Shown: in pieces, positions 50,260-64,000 of the stretch | Layout: every line of letters starts with the position of its first letter | Numbering within the stretch: position 1 is the first letter of the stretch | From: Octopus sinensis | Taxonomy: Eukaryota | Assembly (NCBI RefSeq): GCF_006345805.1 | Contig: NC_043009.1 | Span: 40,052,001-40,116,000, forward strand | DNA: 64,000 nucleotides | Direction: 5' to 3' | Position numbers and translations under genes: made by a program | The notes under the pieces: model-generated | What the model was told of the DNA's origin: nothing | Seen by the model: only the letters and a program-made list of their open reading frames with translations | The model's database searches: none

Positions 50260-50632
50260 TACATATATAAATTGCATTACTGCGGAAAACAGGCATGTAT
50301 GGATCTGAATACTGGGCACTTATGAAAGCAATAAGATGCAGGCTGGCACATGTTCTAAAATGCAAAGAAATGTGAAGGAGGTTTCTCGGGAATAATGTTT
50401 ACTAACCGTCATATTAAATGAAAATACACAATTTTATTAACGGAACCCATCAAATAATAAACGTGCACCCTTTAGGTACTGTGTTGGTGAGGAACATATG
50501 AACCTGTAAATCATGTGCATTAGTGCAAAGATTTCTATACATTACGCTATATATATACATACATATATATATATATTATATATATATAATATATATATAT
50601 AATATATATATATATAGATATATATATATATA

Positions 50633-50764
<132 letters not shown>

Positions 50765-52830
50765 ATATATATATAATATATATATTTACACATACATATG
50801 TACAATCAATGTTTGCAGAACACTGATGAGGCGAGGTGCAACATTGCATAATGTTTTTACCACTATTATGTAATCATTACGGCCTTTCGGTGAAACGCAT
50901 TTATGTTCTATAAAACATTGAGTACCAAACTTAGTTTCTCTCAAGTCTTATATCTATTATTTGCCGAGTATTCTGTATACCAGCAAATTTCAAGATTGAT
51001 ACCTTGCGTCGTAGTGAACTGGATACTGCAGTGGAGTTTAGAACCCACTACCGAATCCGATTCTTGATTAGTGTCACATTTTACAATAATAATTTCCTTT
51101 CAGTTTCAGTCTGCAGCGATCGTCAAGCCAGAACTAAAATTGCCTGATGATAGGCGTATTTTTTAGTACCCATCGATATGGGTTTATACTTTTCTTTTTG
51201 CTACCTAATGCTATTGGTTGATCTCTGATCAACCTTTGCTCCTTTTGTTGGTATTAGAGCATAGTAAGTGACTGAGTATTGTATTGGTAAGTTTCTAAAT
51301 TTGTTATATAATGTCATGTTATGTTAGTGAAGTCAGATGCAAATTTTTTTCGAATTTTCACCACTTAAGTTAGATGTAGTTTGTTTTTATGCTTTAAGTG
51401 TTTCTATTTTTGTTTTTATCATTATAAACTTATTTGTTGAAAACCATTATATGTTGCTTGCTTTTTTTTTTGAGATTTACTTCCTTTTATGAGAATGATT
51501 ATGTTGTTTTGTGGAGCACATTTCCTGCTTTCTAATTACACTAGGTTTTACTTGTTGAGTGACTATGTATAGAATGGTTTGTTTTTTATGGTTCATTGGT
51601 TATACATCCTGTTCTTGTTTTTATGGTCTAGTGGTTTTGATGTTTCGTAATGTGTGATTTTTTTTATTTCTATAAATATATATGAGCGTGTGAGTAGAGT
51701 TTTGTGTACGTAGTTTCAATTGGTTGATTGAGTTTGTGTCCTCTAAGTGCTTGCGTATATATGTGTGTTTTTATGTAGTTTGTCGTTATAAAAAATATAA
51801 TGGCTCTATTTTTCTATTAGCATTGGTATGCTTACTTTCCACTGCCTGTACCGATGCTGCTATCGTGTCTACCTTGTTTGCTGGAGGAACTTTGAAGGCT
51901 AAATATACAAAATACACGCTCTTATTTCAGAACATTAACTGACGAAACTCAACGTCCCCATCTAAGTAAATCTGGGATTTCAAGGAGAGTAACATAAACG
52001 TAAGCATAAACAGGAAATAATAACTGTGTTCTTCCTTATATAAACGGTTCTTGAAGATAGACTCAATGTATCGCAGACAAAAATATAATCCAATAATACA
52101 ACGTGCACACTAGCTAAACAAGTGGAATGAGATTTTCTCATGTTGCAGACACTAGAACAGAAAAGTGATCCAATCGAAAACAGGAGAAGCCTCTAGTATC
52201 CTGTGTGTTAGGCTGTGGAATTATGGGTTGTGAATTGTAACAAGATAGCAGAACCAAAATCTTCACTTGTAAAGCCGCACATATGCGCATAAGTAGATAC
52301 AAAAATATACAGGATTCAAACAATATACGCAAAATACTGCACACAGATACATATAAGTATAAATATACGTTTAAATGTATGTATTAAATCCGCATTTCTA
52401 AGCATCAAAATCAGATGACAATAAAGGCAAAGCATAAGCCTTACAAAGTCAATTAACATCTGAAACAGTATAATACGGAAAAGGAAATAAGGTCAATAAC
52501 ACAGAATAATCATTATTAAAATAAATGTAGATTTCTAAAGCAGGAAATACTCTCAACATCAATGTCCGAAGAAAAATTCTCTAAGAAGTAATAATAGAAT
52601 CGATCGCAAACTTTAAAACATATAAACAAAAGCAACAACAGCATTCAAAAATTCAAAATATATTCAAAAAATAAGATGAAAAGTTGTAAGATGACACTAA
52701 ATAAAATACGATAAAACAAAATTTCAAAACATTATGAAAGACACATCAAAGTCGAAGCAACAAAATTAAGATGCTTAAATAGAAAAAAGACTCACAGCCT
52801 TAGATTTAAAACAACAAATATAAATGATAA

Positions 52831-53044
52831 TGGTTTCAAATTTTGGTACAAGGCAAACAATTTCGGTGAAGGGGATAAGTGGACTATATTGACCCCAGTG
52901 TTCAATTATTACTTATTTTATCGACCTCAGAACGATGAAAGGCAAAGTCGACCTCAGCGGAATTTGAACTCAGAACGTAAAGCTGGATGCAATGCCGTTA
53001 GGCATTTTGCCCGACGTACTAACGATTCTGCCAGCTCGCCGCCT
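52831..53044 (-). mobile_element. SINE family A-related copy
   Basis: atgaaaggcaaagtcgacctcagcggaatttgaactcagaacgt..ctaacgattctgccagctcgccgcct. Confidence 0.88.
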
Positions 53045-53150
53045 CAAATATACTTCATAATAGTAGTTGTCACATGACAATTGTTATGGCATGAAATTCT
53101 AACCGATACAATGGAATTTACTGAAATATATATAGATGTTTTCGATCTAG

Positions 53151-53634
53151 TTTGGATTCTTTGCAATCAAATTTGAATTTTTCAATTGGTGCTGAAGCCT
53201 TGAAAAAAAAGAGCTAATCTACATCAGCCATAAGGGAATACTTGTCTATCTTATCTAGCTCGTTCAGTAGAGCCAACCAAATGATATCTGAAAAGTTCGA
53301 TGAAATAACTCATGAACACTGCGATAGCTTCTACCAAAAGATGCTCCATTACGTCGACCAGTCTGAAGAAGGGGAGATGATAAACGAATGATTCTTTTTC
53401 TATTATCTCCCCTTGTTCAGACTGGTCGACGTAGTGGAGCATCTTTTGGTAGAAGCTTTCGCAGTGTTCATGTATTATTTCATCGAACTTTTCAGATATC
53501 AATTGGTTGGCTCTACTGAGCGAGTTAGATAAAATAGACATCTATTCCCTTACGGCTGATGAAGTTTAACTCACTTTTTTTTCAAGACTTGAGCACCAAT
53601 TGAAAAATTCAAATTTTATTGCAAAGAATTCAAA
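53151..53634. mobile_element. Palindromic foldback, ~230-bp arms, ~20-nt spacer
   Basis: 53151-53382 is the reverse complement of 53401-53634, with scattered mismatches. Confidence 0.92.
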
Positions 53635-55655
53635 TAATACTGTTCATGCTAAATTACTCGAGCAATTGCTCCAACAGTATCTAGAAATGTAATGGAAGCA
53701 CTCAATAAATGTTCTTTCTACATGCCTCAGTCCCCTTCTCAAGCCTTTAGGCTAGAAGCTTGCACATCCACCTGATTATTCACCTAATAACACCTGAAAA
53801 CTTTATAATGGTCGAGACGATGTCGTAAGAATACGCAACATATTCAATACCCTCCACAACGACATGAAGTTTGCAAACAGAACATTTAATAACTGACAAT
53901 CATCTCGAAATATTCAACTTTAACGCATCTTTTTTTTTTTTTGCAGGTTGAACTAAAGACAAGTTTACGAGGTGCCAGCAAAGGAGAGCATCGTTATGAT
54001 TCAGAGTCCACAACGTCATAGAGCCGAGCCGGAAATACTCTGTAACAATGAAAGAACTCGTTCGTCGCATGGCCGAATGCAATGAAATCGAATAGGCTAG
54101 ATCTAGACATAACGTTTTCGCACTAATGTCATCTCTTTGAGGTTACAAACAATCACTAGGTTCTTTACTCGTGGTGGAATTAAAATCAAATGGTATAAAT
54201 TTTGCTTCTGCAGAGAATCGATCAGGCAGCTGCCTAAGAATGTGAATTTCTTGCCAGAGCCTCAAAAGATGGTTGCACTATGAAGCCAAGTAAGGTGTCT
54301 TAATGTAACCACGGTGTACACACCTTAAGTAGGAGATTTTTGGCTATGCACCAAGATAGAGTAACCGTCGGATAGCCACGGCCAAATTCATTGAGAGACA
54401 AAAGCCGATTATGGACCGTAAAGTAAAGTTGGATGCGTAGAGACACATAACAGCAGGAGTACGAGTCCCTAAAACCATGAATTATTCATTAGTTAACTTG
54501 TTCTATATTCAGTCAGTTGTTTATAGCACGTTCATTCGCATCTTGCCTTCTTACATAGCTACATCGGCCAACCAATTATAACGGTATCAAAAAATCTTGC
54601 ATGAGATACATTTATGCGTTGTATATGTGTGTATATGGTTATGGGTATGTATATACGTATAAACACAAACACAGGCACGCGCATACACACGCGCATACAC
54701 ACATACACGCGCACGCTCTCATACACAACGCACGCACACACACATACCTTGATTGTGATAGGTTAGTAAATCAACCGATGGTTTCATGTGAAGCGATTTT
54801 CGCTATTGTTCAAGTGTATCACATGGAAGTGTTGGTACTCGTCCCCATTGTGAATGGGAATACACAATCTTTTACGAGTATGAACGGGATTTCGAAATAA
54901 ATCCGCAGATCGCGGGAGGTTGCTGTAACTTATAGAAATATTTTATCTTTCTTGCATTGGCTCAGGATTTCTTGATAAAAATTGCGTTCACCATAGACAC
55001 ACAGATACACACACACATAAACATATACGTATACAAATATATACACAAACACACACACACATACATACCCACGCGCGAACATATGCACACCTGCTACATT
55101 AGTTTTGCTTACGTATGAGTATGTACATATTATTTATAGGATTTCATAGATTTTTCGCATGACTTGTTCCATGCAATTGTAACTTCATAAATTCATATAC
55201 ATACATGTTTTCTATGAATTATGTAATGTGGGCATGAACTTTGCATATAAATCTGTGTAGTTGGGTAATCCAGCATAAGGTCATTGGTGTATATATCTTT
55301 AATGTACAATACATATGTAAAGTATAATGTCCATATAATTGATAGTCAAAAACTTATCCAGGTTAGAGGGATGGAAGAGCGGTGGATCGTTTTTGTGTGC
55401 GTACAGAAAGAAGGTTTACGCCATGATGTTTAAAACATTTCGTTGATGTTATACTTAATCTTTTCGTGATACAGATGTCACATTTTCTGCATCGCATATT
55501 TGCTGGTCTTAGCTAGGAGTTGTTCACGTTCCTCTGTTTAAGCATCCATACCATATTTGATAAAGTCGTTGTGTGTCTTTTGTTTTTGTGTCTGAACGAA
55601 TCCAAATGCTACTTATACGGAAAAATTAAAGATAATAACATCAACATTAGTTATC

Positions 55656-55850
55656 ATTCTGTTGTGTCTGGGGAGTGTCATTTTCTTTTTGTGCTTTATA
55701 ATTTAACACAGTCACCGGTAAAATTTCCACTTATTTCTTATATTAATAAAAATAAAAAATAGTAAGAAGGAATAAGTGGAAATTTTACCGGTGAGTATGT
55801 TAAATTATTAGGCACAAAAAGAAAATGAATCTCCCCAGACACAACAGAAT
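55656..55850. repeat. Palindrome with ~85-bp arms and an AT-rich spacer
   Basis: attctgttgtgtctggggag..caccggtaaaatttccacttatt vs aataagtggaaattttaccggtg..ctccccagacacaacagaat. Confidence 0.9.
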
Positions 55851-56038
55851 ATGCTTCAACACACGAACTCAGATAAAGAATCTTGCAAACCAAATCCCAA
55901 AACGAAATATAATTAGTTATCATGTTAACGCACAAATAAAGAATATTTATCCACCAATGCAATGTTGGTCAATATTCTCACTGTTCTATATTAGCGTGTG
56001 TCTTTGATATGTGTGTCTATGTATATACATACACACAC

Positions 56039-56070
<32 letters not shown>

Positions 56071-56589
56071 GATTATGTAACTATGTACTACATGTATGTA
56101 TGTATGTATGCATGCATGCATGTATGCATAGGCTGTATGTTAATACTTTATTGTTCGAAAACAAAACTTTATGAGTGACTGCTCAGCAACATACACTTAA
56201 TTGAGAAGTGCTTCCAATTTAACTTGTGTACACATGAATCCAACATTATAAATCCTTACTTTAGGATTTAGTACATCCAGCCAGTAGATGCTGAATATCG
56301 CTTTAAAGTATTAAACTGTGCTTCAGCTTATATGCTGGTCACATGACTCACGCCATCGACTTCCATTATCGTATCGCATTTCATGCAAAATCATTTATTG
56401 CAGCCTTAAAATATATGCTGTGCAACTGGGGCATAGTGTGACAGGTAAATATTAAATGGATGTTTTTAGATGTTTTTTTTTTCTTTTTTCGTTTTCCATT
56501 ATCTTTCTTCACTTCACCGATATCTCATATTTCCAGTCCGTATTTTTTTCTTCCATAACTTTTGTATGTTATACTTGTTTCTATTATAG

Positions 56590-56779
56590 GAGTGCGGCCA
56601 TGCTAGGCCACCGCCTTGAAGAGTTTTAGTCGAACAAATCGATCCCAGTTCTTATACTTCAAAAGTCAGGTACGTGTTATATATCGCACCCTTTTGCCGA
56701 ACCGCTAGGCTGCGGCGACGTTTACAAACCAACTTCGGTTGACAAACAGACTAGGTATCGAAATACGTATGTCTCTCTT

Positions 56780-56812
<33 letters not shown>

Positions 56813-57415
56813 CTCTCTGTCTGTCTGTCTATGTCTATTTCTCTCCCTCTCTCTCTCTCTTTCTCTCTCTCTCCATATATACATATATATATATATATAC
56901 ATTCATTTTTCCTTTATTCTTTTATTTGTTTCAGTCATTTGATTGCGGCTGGAGCACCGTCTTTAGTCGAACAAATCTCCTCTAGGACTTATTTTTTGTA
57001 AGCCTATTACTGATTCTATCGGTCACTTTTGCCCAACTGCAAAGTTACAGGGACGTGAACACACTAACATCGGTTGTCAAGCGATGGTGGACAAACAGAG
57101 ACACGCAAGCATTCGCACACACATACACAGACGCACACACACACACACATACATACACACACACACACTCACATATATATATGTATATATCTACGACGGG
57201 TTTCTTTTTAGTTTCCGTCTACTAAATTCAATCACAAGGCTTTGGTCAGCCCGAGGCTATAGTAGAAGATACTTGCCCAAGGTGCCACGCAGTGGGACTG
57301 AACCCGGAACCATGTGGTCGGTGACCATGCTGAAGCACTGTTTGTAGTCAGACAATCGACCCCAGGACTTATTCTTTGTAAGCCTAGTACTTATTCTATC
57401 GGTCTTTCGTTGCCA
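56590..57415 (-). mobile_element. Two to three SINE family B copies or fragments
   Basis: A tail fragment at 56590-56765, a near-full copy at 56915-57325 with internal (CA)n(TA)n, and a further tail piece at 57326-57415. Confidence 0.82.
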
Positions 57416-57694
57416 CGGAGGAACAGGTAACGTCATAGCTGCTAAACTTGCGCCTAAAGATAAAATGAATTTCCTTTCAATGATGAAGCTTTGTGCAAGA
57501 CAAACCACACATTTTTGAAAATGCTGATAGCATTAATTAAAAATTGCTTGCTAGAAACTTAATGGACGACAAGTCTCAGACTTTTCTATCAGAGCTCTCC
57601 ATCTCTTGGGTTAGTGGCCTCTACCACGGCTTAAAGTACAGCCCAACTTGGGAAGCTCAGTGCATGTATATATTTGTGTGTGTATGTCTGTGCA

Positions 57695-57744
<50 letters not shown>

Positions 57745-57789
57745 ATATGGATATATTTATATGTATAAGCATATATCTGTAATGTAATC

Positions 57790-57856
<67 letters not shown>

Positions 57857-58362
57857 TGTTTATCTCTCGTTAAGGTATAGATATCTATTTACAGAAGCGT
57901 TAGGTTCTAGCGTTATTCGCTCACTGTTTCAACACAAGTGTCAAACGGCGAGTGAAAGTAAACATGTCTACTTTCTGATTTTATTGGGTGTAAACATCTT
58001 CATAAAATTGGAAGAAAATTAACATTTGTCTTCTGACAATTTCAGAATGGTATGTTAGTAGTTATTTCGCTGAAACAAGGAGGAAGGAAATAATTATAAT
58101 TATAACATAATAAATGAGTGCTTATTATAAGCTAGCAATGTTGCATATACAAATGAAAACTAAATAAACACAACGACGCCAACCAGCAATTTTGTCTGCT
58201 TTCGCTGATACGAATCAATGTTCTGTCCTTCATGGAGTTTTATAACTTGTCATTTCATTTACACTGCCAATACTTGATATTAACGTGTGTGTAGAGGTTT
58301 CTAATAATATCTATTCGGAAACAGTGTGCAGTTTTGTGGAGATACACAAGGTGGTAAACGGA

Positions 58363-58364
<2 letters not shown>

Positions 58365-58420
<56 letters not shown>

Positions 58421-58459
58421 TGATGATGATGATGATGATGACGACGACGACGACGATAA

Positions 58460-58493
<34 letters not shown>

Positions 58494-58671
58494 GATGGTG
58501 ATGGTGGTGATGACGATGGTGATGATGATGATAATAATAATAATAATAATAATATGATGATGATGAGATGATGATGACGACGACGACGATGATGATGATG
58601 ATGATGATGGTGGTGGTGATGGTGATGATGGTGATGACGATGGTGATGATGATGATGATAATATAATAATA

Positions 58672-58743
<72 letters not shown>

Positions 58744-58750
58744 GAAGAGG
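58365..58750. repeat. Compound trinucleotide array (AAT/GAT/GAC/GGT/GAA)
   Basis: Direct reading. The block order is repeated twice. Confidence 0.95.
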
Positions 58751-59693
58751 AGGCGGTGGAGGAATGAGCAAAGTGATGCTGCAAGTGAACGTTGACGCTC
58801 AACTTCGACATTTGTGACCGTCCATCGCTATACACATTTTCCTTTCAAAAGAAATTCTTGCTTTTCGTTGTATAGATTCATTTAGAGAACCACCATCTGT
58901 TCTTTCCTTTCAACTCAGAACTGACACTGAGAACAGAATTCTTGAAGGAAATGGTAAGCTATGGCTGCCGACATTTCATACAATTCAACGTAACCTTGTT
59001 GATTCCAGCAGCTTGTTTACATATCGAATAGATATTTTTTTCTTTTCTTTCTTTTTCTTTTCTTTTTAATGAAATATCTGAGATTTACCATCGCTGAACA
59101 TCAATTATACAGCTGCTCGTATGCAACTGGCATGGAAAATACTGCCACTGAACGTGAGAAAAAGATCTAGTCTAATTAAATGATGAAAATAGCTCTTTTG
59201 ATTAAGATAACTGTTCCCCTTTCAGACAGTAAGATCAATCGAATTTGACTCGTAAAAATTTATAATTAAATATAGTAACAAAGGTGTTTATGCCATCAAA
59301 TGATGCGTCCGCCTTCGATTACAAATTTTTTATTTAAAAAATACTGTTTTATCTTATTATGTCTTGTGACAAATATATTCTTTTTTTTTTTCATATTATT
59401 TATTATTTTCGTTTGTGAAACTTTATTTTCTTTTGATTTCTTTGTTTATTATGATAATTATAATGGCGAAAAAGGAATTATCAGCAATTTGGCGAATGCT
59501 GTTTAGTGCTCTATCAGGAAACTTAAGCTTTGATCGAGCCTCAACAGGAGCAAATACACAAAAACTTTGCGAGAGATAGAGAGGCAATACTAAGTATAAT
59601 TCTAGTTTATTTTATATAATAGCGCAGGAAAAGAAAATTATTACTAACACTTGCACATATATTTGTGTGTGTGTGTGTGTGTGTTTGTGGTGT

Positions 59694-60020
59694 GAAGGCG
59701 CATGGCTCAGTGGTTAGAGCGTCGAACTTACGATCGTTAGGTTGTGAGTTCGAATCCCGGACCGGGCTGCGTGTTGTGTTCTTGAGCAAGACACTTTATT
59801 CCACGTTGCTCCAGTTCACTCAGCTGTAGAAATGAATTGCGACGTCACTGGTGCCAAGCTGTATCGGCCTTTGCCTTTCCCTTGGATAACACTAACAGAG
59901 GGTAAGCCGGTATGCATGGGCGACTGCTGGTCTTCCATAAACAACCTTGCCCGGACTTGTGCCTGGGAGGGTAACTTTCTAGGTGCAATCCCATAGACAG
60001 TCGTGACCGAAGGGGGTCTC
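59694..60020 (+). mobile_element. tRNA-derived SINE family C, full length and well preserved
   Basis: A-box tggctcagtgg and B-box gagttcgaatcc, then tgtgttcttgagcaagacact..ctccagttcactcagctgtagaaatg, ending gtcgtgaccgaagggggtctc. Confidence 0.92.
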
Positions 60021-60032
60021 CGATATATATAT

Positions 60033-60247
60033 CGGCAGATACGTTAACACGCCGGGCGAAATGATCAGCGGTATTTCGTCTGTCGTTACGTTCTGAGTTC
60101 AAATTCCGCCGAAGTCGACTTTGCCTTTCATCCTTTCGGGGTCGATAAATAAAGTACCAGTTTCGCACTGGGGTCAATGTAATCGACTTAATCCGTTTGT
60201 CTGTCCTTGTTTGTCCCCTCTATGTTTAAACCCTCGTGGGTAGTAAA

Positions 60248-60251
<4 letters not shown>
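60033..60251 (+). mobile_element. SINE family A monomer ending in (TA)n
   Basis: cgggcgaaatg..cggtatttcgtctgtcgttacgttctgagttcaaattccgccg..gtgggtagtaaagaata(ta)n. Confidence 0.92.
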
Positions 60252-60308
<57 letters not shown>

Positions 60309-60674
60309 CATATATTTATGCATTTATGTGTGTCTGTGTGTGTAGTCATGTATGTAACTATGTATGTATGCATGTTGTCTTCTCTTACTCTTTTAATCGC
60401 TTCAGTGAATAGAGTGCGGCTATGTTCGAGTAACATGTTAGAGAGTTAGTCAAACAAATCGAACAGCCCTTGTTTATTCGTTGGTACTTATTCTATTGTT
60501 TATATTGCCGAACCATTTTGCTCCGTAAATGGAGACATAAGCAAACTAACACCGGTTATCAAGCGGTGGTGGAACAAACATAAACGTATTCAGGTATACA
60601 TTCTCCCGCACACGCATATACAACGTACTTCCATGCATATATGAAGAGAGGGATATGCGGAAGAGATAGGTAGG

Positions 60675-60693
60675 TAGATAGATAGATAGATAA

Positions 60694-60755
<62 letters not shown>

Positions 60756-60757
60756 GC

Positions 60758-60833
<76 letters not shown>

Positions 60834-60848
60834 AGAGAGAGAGAGAGA
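60675..60848. repeat. (GATA)n microsatellite with (GA)n end
   Basis: Direct reading. Confidence 0.96.
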
Positions 60849-63800
60849 AATTAGAGAATTGCAAGCAGCTTTCATGTGCAGGTTATGACAATCGAAAACT
60901 CGGCATACCGGGCGTCGGGATGCTTCAGGGATCATCAGGAGAGAACGAACAACGTTTCAGGATCTTAGTCCCGAAAGATCTGCAGTACACCAGTCCTACT
61001 CATTAATGTGAGACACCCACCTGCTGAATCGACTGTCAAGAGTTTGATCTTAATTGTGATAATAGAAATTGCAAACAAGAATTGAACTTCTGGTTGTTAA
61101 TCGGTCCATAACATGCAAATGAAAATGCAATCCACAATCGCCTTTACAACTTGCCCGTTGACAGCTTAAATTGTTAAGATTGTGAAAATTATTCTATCTT
61201 TGACAATGAATCAACCAGGCAGAAGAATAAATGTGTTTAACAAATAAAATAAACCACAAAAACGGTATATCTACTTATATATATTTCAGTAACTTTGAGA
61301 ATCAATGCCAACTTTAGAGATAGGTTAAACTATTATTAATCTAAAGAAAATGATCGGAAAATTGTCTCGACTTAGACAGATATAAACACCAGTTTGCTGC
61401 TATTTAACTAGAAACTTTTACTGCATTATTAACTCTGGAAAGTTATCATTAAACATTGACTTTAAAATTAACGGTGTATTACTTTACTACAACCCCATGT
61501 TGAAGAGAACAATTTTTATTCAAGTTTGAAGTAGCCACAATTTCAGGAAAAAAAATTCTTTTTCTCTTTTATATCTTAGCAAAAGAATTATCTACATTAA
61601 TCTCTCCATTAAAATTTTTATTGAAAACATGTATTTTCTATTCTTTATATTCTTTTTCTTTTTGTCTTTTTGAAGTATAGTACTAAGGTACGGTTTTCAT
61701 ACAAGTTTTAAAGAAATGTTATCAAAAGCATTGATACTTTATAATATCAAACTAAAACAGACGCGTTCTCTTTCTCTTCTCGGTTATATTTCATAAGCTG
61801 TATGTCCATCTCAACCTCATAGCTTTAACCTTATGCAGATTTAACCATGAGCTTTTCATATTCGATCAGAAGCATGTTATATAAGAATGCTTCTATGAGA
61901 ATATACACAGGCACACACTCATACACACATATGCACGTAAATGAATATATATGCATGCACATGTGAGTATGTATGTATATGCACGAATATTATGTGTGTG
62001 TGTATACATATATATACTTTACACTTATGCACATACAGAGAGACACACATATAAGGAATATATGTGTGTGTACATATCTATATGTTTATACTGTATATAT
62101 GTGTGTATATATATGCATATATATATATGCATATGTGTGTGCATATATATATTCTCATACATATATATATATATATATTCTCATACACACATATCAGCAT
62201 AGAAAGACACGTATATATATATATATATATATGCTTAAACATGTACATGTATATGCACACACGTACACACAAACACATATATATTATATTTTTCAGCATA
62301 GGAACACACATATATATGTTTTTGTGTGTGTGAGCATGCGTACATGTATGTGTGTGTGTGAATAAGTGCGTGGGCATATATTCATCCGGCTATACGCCAG
62401 TTTTTCTGGGGTTTTTTTCTTTTTTGTTTCCTATAGTCTTTAGCCTTCGTACATGTATGTGTATATTCATGTAAGCATGTTCTCGAGATGAAATAGAATT
62501 TATATATTCTCCATATCCGAAGTCAATTTTTTTTTTCTGTACACTTGTAAAAAAAAATCAGAAATGAAAACGAAATTATTGCTCTTTTGATGTTACATAG
62601 TCTCCTCGTAGCAATAGAAGCTAAATAATTTATCTCTAGGGATATATGTATTTGTGTTGCTGTTTTTTGTTTTTTTTTTTAGCTTACACAACAATTGATC
62701 CTTCTTTCATCGGGTTAACGCCAAGCGAACGATGCCAAAGGCCGATCCAAACAGTTCACATGAACCAATGAAACACGCAGTTTTGCTGCATCACTGATCA
62801 TCCCTTGGGCGATTATAATAAAAACAAAATGTTTAAACTCACATCTTCCAACGGTCAAAGCAAACATCTCTCTCTCTCTCTTCTCTCTTTGTCTCTCTTC
62901 TCTCACGCTTTCAATTTCTCACTCTTTCTCAGTCTCTCGCTCTCTTTCTCTCACTCACTCTTACACTTATCTACTCATCCACTCACTCCGTCGCTCATTT
63001 TCTGTCCCTCTTTTTCTCCCTCTCTCTTCGTGACAATTGCGATCCTGATTATGGGAAAAGTGTAAGGGTTAGAGTATTTCACACTTCAAATAATATTTAC
63101 TGCTATTTTATTTGTTTATTTCTTTCGTTTTTATTTTATTTATCTTACTTTTTAAAGGAGTTCAGTCAATAATAAAAGACAAATGTAAAAAAGATTATGT
63201 ATATAGAAGAATTCTAGTTAAACAGAAAAGCGAAAGCAAGCTGAATGGCTTGAGTTTATTTGTCTATTTATTCATTCATGTTTACCCCCAGAAGATTTGA
63301 AGCTGTTGCAAAAACTTAGTAAAGAATTTAGCTTGATTATATCTGCAGAGCAATACGTTCTTTATTTCTATGGGAAGTGTATGAATTACTCCAGTTCCTA
63401 TCATTGCTAAATTTCACACAGTCTATAATTATCGCTGTTCTGCTCTATATCGTGTTTGTGTTTTCATATTCCACAGTTTCTATTCAACTACGAAATAAAA
63501 AAAAAAAGACTTCAGGACGCTCCCAGTTGGCTACTTCCGTTGAAGTGTCTCGTAATTAATTTTGGAGTTTATTAGGTTCAGTGCATATTATGAATTCACT
63601 TATTCCTTTAAGAATACACTTTTTATTTCTTTTCAGTAAACATTCAAATATTTCTTTTTGCCATTTAACAAGCGACATTTTGATATATTGCCAAGCAATT
63701 TGTATAACTTGTTAACGTACATAGAAACACTACTGGGATTCTTTCATCGTTCAAACGATGAGGCGCTTCATTTGAGCATCCTCCACACGCTATTGTCTTC

Positions 63801-64000
63801 ATGGGTATATCTAATGGATATGTTGAGCATTATTTGGTTACTTACAGCAACAAAATTTGTCGACTTGATATCTAGTGTCTCATTAAGTATTCCACAATTA
63901 CTCTATAGTTTTCAGCATTTTTTTTAATTGGAATATTTTCAAAAGTGTTAATCTATAAAAACACGCTCGTCTTAAATTTCCAAGAAATTTAAGTCTGCTT

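Noticed and set aside
58301-58835. Poly-N/D, poly-H/S and poly-I ORFs
   Set aside because: They are translations of the compound trinucleotide array, with no flanking coding sequence or splice support.
59697-59772. tRNA-like sequence with good A and B boxes
   Set aside because: The acceptor stem does not close, the anticodon stem pairs poorly, and the sequence runs straight into a SINE body also seen at 15281-15613 and 41720-41968.
60915-60990. GAAACGTT and CTGATGA motifs on the minus strand suggesting a hammerhead
   Set aside because: The motifs are in an order and spacing that gives no consistent stems I-III.

Overview
This is AT-rich, microsatellite-dense eukaryotic non-coding DNA. The SINE families and the (TA)n/(CA)n/(GATA)n load suggest a coleoid cephalopod (Octopus-like), which is an inference. 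I find no intact host protein-coding gene, rRNA, true tRNA gene or CRISPR array, and nearly all listed ORFs are microsatellite or SINE artefacts. The window is mostly decayed transposons. DNA elements include a DD41D mariner (476-1731), a DD37D/maT mariner (21925-22880), a mariner 5' stub and MITE, a Tc2/pogo-type non-autonomous element (38280-38951) and a Helitron N-terminus (17385-17881). Retroelements include a Penelope-like RT (11160-11890), a Penelope GIY-YIG tail (20170-20480), a 5'-truncated RTE LINE (42139-42972) and about 30 tRNA-derived SINE copies. The most interesting signals are: (i) a minimal hammerhead ribozyme with an intact core at 47456-47490 and a mutated sister copy at 33829-33863; (ii) two + strand polypyrimidine-CAG|GTAAG motifs resembling recursive splice sites (40489, 47236); (iii) SINE multimers with the same junction at two loci; (iv) five long foldback structures, one apparently built from converging Tc1-like transposase C-termini; (v) a SINE sharing its 3' tail with the RTE LINE; (vi) a 192-bp flank segment duplicated into a DNA transposon. 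Coordinates were read by eye and element edges may be off by several bases.
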